Shown in pieces: positions 44,026-55,686 of a stretch of 64,000 nucleotides of DNA (position 1 is the stretch's first letter; each line of letters begins with the position of its first letter). Made by a program: the position numbers and the translations under genes. The notes under the pieces are model-generated. The model ran no database searches. It was not told the DNA's origin and saw only the letters and a program-made list of their open reading frames with translations. Source of the DNA: Entomortierella parvispora E1425 (lineage: Eukaryota > Fungi > Mortierellomycota); NCBI GenBank assembly GCA_020891255.1, contig BQFW01000013.1, positions 1,984,001 to 2,048,000 on the forward strand. The letters run 5' to 3'.

Positions 44026-47000
44026 TTAGCTGGGCCATTCTTTCACCTTCGTGAACACAAGATAACAGGCCTAGAGTGACAGGAAAAGAGCGGACGGCAT
44101 GGCAAAGATGTGTAAGTTCACATATCTCAAAATAGATAGTAGACCAAGGCACCAATAACGATGAGAGCTCTTACATGGACAATGGGCAGATGTGTCGAGG
44201 GAATTTCGTCGTCAGGGATGCATGTTTCTTCCTGGAAGTCTGACCATGTCGCTACCTTGCGCCGGTCTTTTTGGTACCCATCCGGCACCGCTTCAACTGC
44301 ATGTTCAAAGAATTGCCATTGGTTAGTCGTTATTTTTGAAGGTAGAGCTTAAAGAAAACAACCATTCAACTCGTCAACACTCACTCAGCTCTTTTAGTTT
44401 CAAGCACTCAGCAACCACTCGAGTAATGTCCTCCATAACAAGCATGCTAAGCGGAATTAGTTTTCCTGTCTCAGTTCGAAAGTCCTGGGCGCCTACAACC
44501 AGAACTCCTGCCATGGGCAATTCTTGAGCGGCGCGAACACTGATGTGCATGATGGAGGTCCTGTAGGCTGTGATCTGATGTGTCCGAAGGGCGGAGCATG
44601 GAATGTGGGCAATTAGCCGCAGAGTTGTTGCGGCTGGTGCTGGGAAGATTGGCGAATCTTTTGCAATTTTGATCTGATGGCCAATGTCGTCCGATTTTTC
44701 TCCAAGATCAGTTATAAGTCCCTTGAAAAGGAAAAAAAAAAAAGAATAAAATGAAGTGAGTTGCGCTATTTCAATTTCCAATTTAGCTGGACACATGTCC
44801 GTCGGAGAACCATTCAAGCAATACCAAAGCCAGGAGCATCCTATTATTCTCCTGGATCTTTTGAAGTCGATCGCGTTCATACGTCACCATGCCATCTTCT
44901 TCTGGAGGCAAAACCTCTATGAAATAAGGAAAACATGAGTTAAATTCAATTGCCTGAATAGAGGGTACTATGTTGAACAAAGAGATCACTTGCCTACTGG
45001 TTGCTCATGCCAAAGATCAGCCAAAGGTTCCTCAGGATTATCAAGCAAGAATTGTAGCTTGAACTCTTTCCAATTGGTTTCATTCTTGCCGAATCGTTCA
45101 ACCTAAATCAAAAAATCAAATTTCGTCTTCAAGCTTTAGTCTCCAATGCAAAACCACACATCACTACGGCGTTTGCTCCATCAAGCAGCTTACCATCCTT
45201 GATGCACAGAGTGTCGGGAAATCAAACTCTTCTGTAGGCTTGAATGTCCATACCGAGCCCATCACAACGCTTTTTCTTTCAATAGGGCAACTTGGTGTCG
45301 CGCGCAAAATATTGGAAATCTGGACGTGCTCAAGGACAGAGTAATCTTGAGGCAGAGAGAGTCAGTGTATAATCACCAGAACCCATCCTAGCCAGAACCT
45401 TATCCTAGTTTTCACGGACATTCAGCATTACCTGGATCCAAGATCATTGTGTCGTGCCCCTCCTTAGGAACCTTGCGCAGTGTTGCAATAAATTCGTGTG
45501 TGAAGCACAAAAAGTCGAACTGAACACAAAGGTAGGTGCCCAAACCAAACATGGCACAGTAGCGCTGCCGCTTCACAATCAGCTCCTCGAGTTCGAATCC
45601 TTCATTAATATATTGCCGGATCATCTGGAAGCTCACCGGGACGTAAAAGCAGTGTTCACGGTTATCGCCGATACCAAGAGTGCATCTGCGCCCCATTTTC
45701 AAAACCCTGTAAGTTTCGCGCACAACGTGACTCATCTCGCGCTGAAAATCGGCTGAATTTCCAAATCGTGAAAGATCGCCTACAGATAGAGGAATACTTC
45801 ATCAGTTGGAGGTATGGAAACCAGGTAGTATCTCTGCCTCGAAAAACATACCATCAATATGCGTGGAATAAGTGACACAGTCCTTGTAAGGTGGGTGTGA
45901 AAGGACATGGTCAAAACTCTCATTTGAAAACATTGGCCCTTGAAGCCGCCTTGCATCCCCTTGAAGTATCATGGGGCGATGCTCTGCTTTTATCGATCCG
46001 TCTTGCGGTATAGCAAATGAGCAGTTTCGAATTGATAGTGTGATTGCAGTCTAGAGGACAGGTTACTATTATTAGTAGAGGTCGAGCAGAGAGAAGTCAA
46101 GAGCCTACGAATGTAGCCGAATATTGTGAGTTCCTTACAGGGTTGATGTCCACTGCAGTACACCTAAGCAATTCAATTGAACCATACGAGAGATAATTAG
46201 TTTCTACAGCCTCAATTATGCTGGACCATCACCCCTACGTTGTCTTCTCTCACCTTCGCCCAAGCAAAAAGCATTCAATCGCATCTGTTCCTCGACCAAG
46301 AAAGTTTGATAATATCCTGGCGTTAGGTCTTGTGAATCGAGTAACAGCTCTATATGATAATTCATCCAAAATAAGTATTGCCAGGTCTATGTTACTGATC
46401 TCATATCGAGGGGAGAATGCCTCTCTAATACCTTCTCACAGTCTGAGGGAGCCATGTTCCATGATAATCAGTCCCTGAATGGGTTGCCCCTAATAATGAG
46501 ATCAAATGAAAAAATGACAGAGTTGAGTGGATGGCACCAAGGAGCAAAAAAAAAAAAAAAAAACTCCGCAGATCCTACAGCGAGGAGCTCGACCAGGAAT
46601 GTCATAGTAGGTGGTGTCGATAGGCAGAGAGTATAGCTGGTTTTCAGCAGGCCCATAAGAGTCAAGGTAGACAGCCTGCGAGGACGAATGATCGAAGCGA
46701 ACGGATGAAACTGCAGTTCGGGTTAGGTACGGCGTGTGTGAGTAGTCTTCTGCGGAAGTGGCATAGTGATCTCTGCCTTCCTGAACATCAAGGTAGGTCT
46801 CTGCTACCAGACTACCCGCCACGAGTTCGGCGTCATCGCCTTGATACTCCGTGGACTGTTCCTGGCCCTGAGAATCAATTTCCAAAGTCGATTTTGGCTG
46901 GAGAGGCTGAGATCCATTCACAGGGCCTGCAAGGAAACAGTCTTCGCACATCAGCACGCCTTGGTATCCTGTCTCAAGAAAAAGCAAAGAGTGGTGCGCG

Positions 47001-50000
47001 AGATATCAATATTGGCATAGCGCAGGAAGATGCGTATTTTCAGAATGCTATCTTTTGTTCTGTTATCTGCCTCTGAGATTGCCTTACCCTTTCTCCATGT
47101 CGATGAGGTTGATGACCAGCAATAAGAGCACACTCTTCTAGCGAGACTGCGCATCTTCGGCTTGTAACTAACCCTTTTCTTCGTAGCCGCATCTTCATCC
47201 TTTAAGCTAGCTTTTGAAGCTTCTTCCGCTATTTGCTCGTTACGGATCATTTCCAAGGCTAGAATGGGACAGTGCAGAAGTTTGTCAGTCTTTTCAGACT
47301 CTTTTGTTTGCGCCTGCTATCACACAGCAGAGACTATCAGGTAATAAAATCATACATGTGATCTTGAACTCATCCTTGCTGTGCTCATGCCCTCCCGTGT
47401 CTTTCGCAAAACACTATGACAGGTAGTAGACATTTTTTTAAAGATTTCAGAAGTGTAAGGTTAGTAATCGATCCAGCAGTGAGCGCCTGTAGTAGAATAT
47501 CTTACCTCTCGACAGAGATCAAATGTATGAAAATAGTCGGAGCTGCATTTGATGCAAGTATGCCAGGGGTACACACCAAGAATTTTAGAGCATTGATCGC
47601 AACTGAAGGTTTCATCATATGCATCTTTGGATTGAAGTCAAAGAGTGAGGTTAGACTGTAGTTCATTCGCAGCAGGTTCGTAAACCACATAACCATACCT
47701 CTTTGATGCAGAGCCTTCTCATGCTGCGGGCACCAAAAAATGACACCATCTTCGAAGTGAGTCATGGGTTTGCCTGTGCACGGCACATGGAAACTTCGGA
47801 AGCATTTTGGATCAAAGCAACCAATTGTGGCGCCTTTCTCTCTACAAACCGAGCATTTCTAGTAGTAGAAGAAGGAGGGTTAATTAAGATATTAGTGCGG
47901 GCTTTGTTTTTGCCAGCAACATGGATTTGACACGAAGAACACCAACCACAGTTCGTCCTCGCCGCATCGCCGTCGTGACATTATACCAAGTCCCATCCTT
48001 AGCTTGTATCACTTCAGGAGAGTATCGCGCACAATTGTTATGGGCCCAGAACGATCTTCTCTTTGTCTCTCCGTATCGGTTAGTGGAGGACATCAAAAAT
48101 GGTAAAGGCCCAAGGAAGCTGTCCTTGTCTGTGCCTTCGTCGTTACAGAAAACACATATCTTCTTGGTCTTCAATCTTTCTGACATCAGGTATCCTTGAT
48201 CACTCTCTAAGCCTAGCCAGTCGCCTGCCCAATTTTCAGTTCCTGTATCCGAGATGGCGGGTTTTAGTGGTGATGGCGCGGTGTATGTCTGGTCTAATAG
48301 GTCTTTTTCAAAGCGCGTGATAATCCCTCCCTTAACAGGATGGACACCATGGGGTCCCACAATGACCTTGGTAGCAAAAGACGATCGGGGATGATCATGG
48401 TGTTCCGGAAATGCATTTGAGAAACACCATAGACAAAGATTGAAAGGTTGACCCTCAGGTCCCGCCGACTTGCACTCAGCTTCACAGTACATGCAGTAGA
48501 TCCTATTGTTTTTGCAAAGGAGCTACTTTAGTTAATGAATAATGGACGGAGAATTGCAAGTAGTCAAAGTGAAGCACGGCTTACCTGAACTGACTGATTT
48601 TGACCCGGCATTGAACACAATTGACCTCCACTGATGCTTCCTCCGCCGGGACTCCATCGACAAGATCCATCATCTCCGCAGCAGATGCAGACTGATTCTC
48701 AACAACCTCACTATTATCAGGGGGTGTAGTGGTAATCGTATCTGGAGTTTCCTCGTATTTGTCGGCTGTTTGATCCATCAACGACACACTTTCCTGGATC
48801 CCAAGATCCACCATATTTTGGGTGGCCTCTGTACTCACAGTATCATCTTTGGCTGCACTGCTAGTCTGAGCCGTAGGGTCTGGTTGCTCCAAAGTGGGAT
48901 CGAACTGAAGCCGTTCACTGTTGATGTCAATCCACTCATTATAGACGGCATGGTATCCTTCGTAATGAACGAGCACTCGACTGTTCCTGACGTCCTCAAT
49001 CAAAGCCGTTAGCCATTCCAGCTGCTTATCACGAGCTCGGATTCTTGTTCCAGGGACCATTGTTTGTCTAAGAAAAGTGATATGGTCATCAACAGGAACG
49101 CGCTTTTTGATATTGGATCGCGTGAGGCTCCGAAGACTTTGAAAAGTGCCATCCTTGATTTCCTGCTCCTGCTGAGATTTATGAAGTTCTAGCATCGTCT
49201 TGACTAACCGACGTTCTTTCATTAATTTCGCCAGTTTCCTCTGCTTTTGTTTCGCCTTTTTAATGTCCACAGATTCCTCAGTCTTCACGACTGGCTTCGT
49301 TGACTCGATGTAACCAGCCTCGTTGAACAGGAGGTCAGATGCACCTTCTCCTGATATTCCAAGGATCCGTGACGACAGTGAGCCTGGCCGGCCAACGCTT
49401 GGTTTGCGAGCTGAGAGAACCTTGGTAGCTCTGGATTTGCTCCGCTCGGAACTATTGTTGAGAGCATCCCGACGATCTTCCTCGTTGTAAATGACTTGCC
49501 GAACAAATTGCATCATTGGAGTGTGGCACATATTACGCACTGCAAACAGTCGGATTTCTCGAATTCGTTCCAGGTATTCTTCTGACACTGGTTTTGGTTC
49601 CACAGGAGTAGGGTCTGCCATTCCGCGAGTAACAAGTGCTTCCTGTCGAGCTTCCAAAATCGCCACAAATTTTTCTTTGGTTTTCAACCGTTTGTTAGAG
49701 TCATCCTCTTGCTCTACGCCGTCCTTATTCTCAGTTCCAGGCTTTTTGCTGGTTCGTAATACTTCCTCAGGCGGTTCCTCCACTACCTTATTTACAATAA
49801 GTCCAGTGTCTAAGACTCGAAGAAGAATCTTGCGGATTTCTGATTCCTCGTCCTCATATGTGTACTGCACAATCTCAAATGGTGGAAGGCCGAGGTGAAT
49901 AGGGTACCCTAGAGTGGTTTCGACCACAGCCTTTTCAATGGGAGGGGACTTCTCAAGTGAGTCAGCAGAGGGGGTTTCTTCCTCAGTGTCCACATCGATA

Positions 50001-51572
50001 TCAAGTGAATCCCTGTCGCCATTCTGCCCCATTGAAGATAACGAGGACGATGTCTCTGAGATATCATTGCTGCTTAGTGTGGACTCAGACGATGCCTCGC
50101 TTGGCTGTCGTTTCATGACGGTCGGGTTATCGTTTACCAAATCGATTTTACGACGTTTCCCACTATCTTCCAGCGAGGTCTGTCCTGCAGTATGAGATAC
50201 GTATAGCTCAGACACAAGTGCATCTGTGTTTTGAGAAGGCTGTTTGCGCTTTGATGTCGTAGAGGGGACCTTCGATTTTCCTTTTGGTGATGGCGTGCTG
50301 ATATTTGCTACATCTGAACCTGCCGATGTCATTGGCAGCTTGTCTTCGGGTGATGAAGAGGACATAAGTCCCAAATTTCTCATGGCAGCCTTTCTTCCCT
50401 CCATCTCTGATTTGGTCAGCAGTTTCAACTTTGGACTACTTAAAGCGATCCACTCATCCATTTGGGCATCCCATCCATCAATATGAACCTTGATCTTGTC
50501 ATTGTCCTGTGCCATCATAGATCCAATGCGCCATGTGCCATCCATATGTTGCAGCTTCACTGGACGGCCCAATGTGTATCCAATTTTTTTTTTTTTCGAC
50601 CCGATGACTGCTGGACTTTCAATTGCTTTCAAAGTTGTCGCAGTCGTAGCAGTAGCAGTAATGGTCGGACATGGGGCTATGGTGCGAAAACCAGCGCCAG
50701 GTTTCCTCGTTATCTGGGTGTCGTTCGTGGATATCGTGATATCTCCTGCACCCGTAGCAGGGTTATTTTTGGTTATTTTTGATTTTTTGTCCTGATTTTT
50801 TGCGGCCAAGGCAGAAGGGAAAATAGAGTGGAACTGGGAAGGGACTCCTTTTGCCGCCTTTGAGGCAATTGTTTTGGTTGCTATTACAGACAGACAATCG
50901 ACGATTAGAGTCCTGGATACTGTCATTTTCAAAACGATTCCTGATTGGAATTCTTTTACCCTTTGTCGGTCGATTTCCAGGCTGACAAGCGATGCTGGAC
51001 AGCACTCTAGGCAAGTCCACGGTGGTTTTACTGCCTTCGCCGATTTTCTCCTGTTGGAGACAACTGTCTACAGCAAGGCTGTCGGATGGCGATGTCGTTT
51101 CTGTGAGGGGCTTTTGTACGTCTACTAGTGCCTGTTCCTGTTCTTGGGGCATATCTGAATGCAAGGGCACAGCAACTATTAGAGCATTAGGACATCATTG
51201 CGCTGATACGTGCCTAAATTATTGGCTTTCTAGTAAAAAACACCTACCAGACGCGACGTTGGCGCTCAAGTCTGGTGCCTCATTGTCAAGTGGAGATTTT
51301 TTGTACGCGTCATGCACACGTCCAGAATTATGCTGACCCTGTCTTCTGCTGCTGGCAACGCCACGCATAAGCCGATGGCAGCCTGCGCACACGCTCAGAA
51401 GACCAAGCTTGAGGATTTTTACGTCTGTGGCACTGCAGGACTCACATGCTTCCTTTATAGGCGTGCAATTGATGTCTAAAGTGCTGTGTTGGTCCAAAGA
51501 GGATATCTTGGGAGGTCGGCCTCGGCCACGCTTAGTTGGGGTAAGAGCCCGAGCATTGGCCATGGCTGACAT
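44026..51572 (-). CDS. Chromatin-reader-fused amino-(N6-adenine/N4-cytosine) methyltransferase, 20 exons, ~1957 aa
   Basis: Exons 51572-51248, 51175-50960, 50880-48585, 48502-47947, 47858-47699, 47624-47506, 47413-47356, 47258-47088, 46968-46579, 46489-46432, 46349-46254, 46163-46139, 46050-45852, 45779-45432, 45345-45194, 45102-44994, 44916-44825, 44721-44385, 44296-44175, 44070-44026. Phases are all consistent (5874 nt). Motifs: GRGRP AT-hook, two Tudor/chromo-barrels, ZZ, ePHD, ZZ, GATA CX2CX17CX2C, ILSNFLGRGT, AVDINP, GDAR and FDHVLSHPPY. Confidence 0.85.
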
Positions 51573-52183
51573 CGGGGTCAGGTTGAACTAGTATTGAATG
51601 GGGAGGTGGACGGTCAATCGGGGTGGATGTGATCGGTGTTGTCGCGTGGATGATCGGAGTGACCTATTTTTCAACAAGGGCGAGAATGCAGCGGAATGCG
51701 AACAATGGACGATCTGGAGAGGGGCAGTCAAGCAGGAATGGGAGGACAGCCGAGCAGAGCGTGGGAGGGAGAGGGGGTCAATGTTGTTGTTATTGTTCCT
51801 GTTGTTTGTGCGACAGACGGACGGAGAGCAGCAACATGCATAGGGCAATCACTGGCCACAATGCAGGCAAGGTGGACCACACTCGGTCTGTGTCCACGTT
51901 CGGTTCTGTTCTTTTGCCCCTGCCCTGCCCCGTCCATCGTCGATGTTGTGTCCTCTCCGGGAAGGCCACACGCCCGATGCCTATCATCCAGACCACACTG
52001 CCCAGGGGCAACGAGAAAAGATGAGACGGGTGTGTCAAGGGGTCGGACGGAGACATGGCCTGGACGTGTTGGCTGCAGGAAAGGGGGCGCCAGCGCGGCC
52101 GCTCTTCTTGTCCCCCTCGCTTCTGGCTCGACTCTTCACCTCTCTTCCTTCCTGTCTGTCTGCCTACCTACCGTCTGTTGATC

Positions 52184-52228
52184 CCATCTCATTCCCATCT
52201 CATTCCCATCTCATTCCCATCTCATTCC
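52184..52228. repeat. Tandem repeat (CCATCTCATTC)x4 in the divergent intergenic region
   Basis: Four consecutive 11-bp units. Confidence 0.9.
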
Positions 52229-52882
52229 TTCTCTGAAAGAGCGCCTCCTGATAGGTATGCTTTATCAACACTTCGAGTCCTTGTTCTCGCATGCGCCTAC
52301 ATTCTTCCTCTTCCTCTCCCCATCTCTGCTCTGAAAGTTGGGTCGTGGGAGAGATGCGACCACGTTGACATCTCGCGTGGAGATTCCGCGTGGAAGTTCG
52401 CGTTCCTTCGCGCGCTCACTGTTCTGAGCCACGCTCTTTCTCCTTGCTGACAATATGGTTCACCTCCTCGCTTTCATATTGTTTTCATTCACTGGGAGTA
52501 AGAAAAAAAAAGGAAAGACGAGCGTCAGGGCCGAGAAGGTCAGAGCCAAAGGGAAGCTTTCATCTCTCCTGATATAACCGAATGACTGGAGGGGATATTT
52601 CTTCGGCGCCCCTTTTTTCGGGTCGTACCTTTCCTCACGAGGAGCAATTGGAACTATATGAAAAGGCTTGAACAAGGAAATGACTTGTTAGTCAGAATGG
52701 GCAAAGGGAAATAGAGAAGCAAAGGGGCGAGAAGTTGCCGGCACGATAGATGGTTGTGAAAGGAAGCGAGGGAGCAACGGATCGGTGGTGTGTTTCTCCT
52801 TGTTCACTCACTCGTTTTTTTTTTTTTTTGTGGTCTTCATATCCTTTATTCCCTCGATTTGCCCTTCACTTGGATTGCCGTC

Positions 52883-55287
52883 ATGTCAGCAGCTGGACCC
52901 TCGCAAATGAAGACGACAACGTCAGGCCGTGCGTTCGCAAAGGTAAGATAGAGCATTTTTTTTTTTGAAGAAAGATAGATATGACCGAGAAAGCGGTACG
53001 GAACAGGGACGCAACTCTGACCCTGAGTCGTTTTTTTGCCCTCCATCACAGAACATCTTTGACCTCTTTGCGACTTTGATGATATCGCTCCCAATTGAGA
53101 CGCACAGGAGCATGTTCAAGAGTTATCCAAACTCGTTCACCGCAGAAGAGGCTATTAAAAACCTGCGAGGACTGCAGTTCATTCAGGCCCACAAGGAGAG
53201 CGACCCAAAGGACCCGACCAGAATCATTACCCGAACTGTCACCACTCAGTTTTCACTTTCTCCAGACATGGCCAAGAATTTGTGTCAGACATTCATGGAC
53301 GCCCGATTGTGCGAATGTGCCACTGATCCTAGCAAACGAGAATTCCAGTCCAAAGGCGTGTATCAGGTCACTGGGAAGGGTGCTCACATTGCCGAGAAAT
53401 TTGTGCATCGAAACTCTTTGTCGGTGGAGGCGACTCGGCACATCACATCGAATGCGACACCAAGGATCTTGTTCCTGGAGAGGGCCGATGACGAAGACAC
53501 GATTGTTCTGAACCAAAAGGCGGTCGATGCCATCTTTAAGCGCTTTGCTGGACTTCGACCCAACACCGTCGCCGCAACGTCCTCGGCGGGTTCACCGGGC
53601 GGAGACGGTATGGCATCGAGCCCGAAGCGAGACCGTATTCAAATTAATGCTGATCGCTGCAATGGAATTGAGGTGAAAGACCAGCAGCACAACTATGATG
53701 TGTACAGGCATACGTTTTACGGAAAGGCCGCTGTCGAATGGTTGCTGGATTATACGACGGTTATCAGCAAAGAAGAGGCGATCAGGATAGCACAGGAGAT
53801 GGTTTCATCAAGGTATATTGAGCAAGTTGGAGAGGAGTTAGGACCAGGACCATCTTTGTTCAGGAGCGGGAGCTCTGCATTGTACCACTTTACTGAACTC
53901 GGGCGGGTGGTCGTCGGATGGGAAACTTTTGTTCGGAGTCGAGGAAGCAGTGTCAATACGGATTGGATGGACGGTAAGAGATCTCCCCCTTTTGATGATC
54001 TGTCTATTGTTAAATTGTTTCATGCTAAAGAACTGCCCGTGTTGTTTGGTCGTAGAGAGATCACCATTGGGACCTAGACTGGATAAGCACCACCACGAGA
54101 TACACCCCTTGTCAACTCAATTCAAGCTGACCTCCAGCACACTCCCACGACTCCCTATCTCTGTCGCGATGGAAAAGAGGAGGTCGTCCGAGGAGTCGTC
54201 GCTCCACAATGGGTCCTCCTCTCAGTACCCCACAGATGATACTCTGAGTCAGTCCAGCAGGCGGCTCTCTCAAATCCTCAATGACCCCGCGTTGCAATTC
54301 TCGCTCTCTGATTCCCAGTCCAACTATGCACCCTCTTCCTCCGGAAAAGACTCTGTCGGCCATCGAGAGAGTCATTCTACAGGGGGTGGCATCACCTCCT
54401 CTTCCGGTTCAACTTCGTCCTCTCAGGTGACCACCTCGGCACGACTCAAGTTGATCCTGTCCAACCTGACTCTGCGCGAGATGTTCAAAAACTTTTTGAA
54501 GCAAAACATTTGTGAGGAAAACTTGTCGTTCTACCTGGAGGTGTTGGATTACAAGAGTCGCTTCAACACCTTGATCCATTCCAGTCGACTATACGCTCAA
54601 TCCTTGGCACTCCTTGCCGGGCAACAAGAGGCCGCAGATGCTGCACAAGCCTCAGGGGCTACCCCCTCTTCCGCTTCTTCTTCCTCCTCCTCCACAGGGG
54701 GACCTTCGGGGGCAGCAGTCTCCTCCTCTCAATCGACACCTCATCCGGCCAGCCTGCGTGAACTCGAAAAACAGATCTGCACACAGGCATTCGCCATCCA
54801 CGAGACTTATTTGGTCTCGGGTGCTCCCAAGGAGCTCAACCTGCCACATCAGATGCGCCAAGATATCACCTCTTATATGCAGGCGGTCGTCAGGAACATG
54901 GAAACTCCAATAGCGGACCCTTCTTCATCGCTGGCCGAAGGAAACTCGTTAGCAACCCATCCCCAGAATGCTTCTCTTGACGAAGAGTCATCTAAGAATG
55001 AGAGCAGTGATGCAGGTGCCGTGGGTGGAGTGGTTGGGGTAGCAAGCGGAAGCAGTAGTGGTAGTGGTAGTGGTAGTGGTAGTGGTAGCGGTAACAGTCC
55101 ATCATCAGGACCTAGAGAGTTGATCCACATCTCGCTTTTTGACAGAATCCATGAGCATGTCTTCAGGCTGATGTCGACGGACTCTGTGCCCAAGTTTATT
55201 CGAACAGACAAGTACCGGGAGGTGATGATGAACAAGATTAAGCAACAACAGCAACAGCAACAACAGCAACAACAACGACAACAGCAA

Positions 55288-55337
<50 letters not shown>

Positions 55338-55569
55338 GCAGCAACAGCAATTACAACAGCAGCTACAGCTACAGCAAAAAGAACTCCACCAACAAGAACA
55401 AGAACACCAAGAGCGACAACAGCAGTTGCAACATGGATATAACGGCAGTAGCAACAGCAGCAACAGCACCTTGGGAAACACCCTGGCGTGCGCGACAACT
55501 CCAGTCCATAGCCACAAAGATTCCAGTGGATTGTCAACTAGAGGACCAGCCCCACCTGCCGTGGCATAA
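52883..55569 (+). CDS. RGS protein with DEP domains (Sst2/FlbA-like): join(52883-52942,53052-53973,54056-55569), ~831 aa
   Basis: DEP motif HTFYGKAAVEWLLD. RGS motifs LREMFKNFLKQNICEENLSFYLEV, ELNLPH and VFRLMSTDSVPKFI. GT-AG introns are in phase. Confidence 0.9.
55242..55380 (+). repeat. CAA/CAG trinucleotide tract (polyQ) in the RGS C-terminus
   Basis: About 45 Q-rich codons. Confidence 0.95.
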
Positions 55570-55686
55570 GTAGTCTACATACGTAAAATAAAAATAGTGT
55601 CGCAAGTGGTTACGTAGACAGTCAAAATGGATACCTTAGAATTATTCAGGGGCAAGGGAAAAAGGAGTAGGTCTGAGCATCTGGTT

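Noticed and set aside
54873-55537. Cys-, Leu- and Val-rich minus-strand ORFs
   Set aside because: Antisense translations of the CAA/CAG polyQ tract of the RGS gene.
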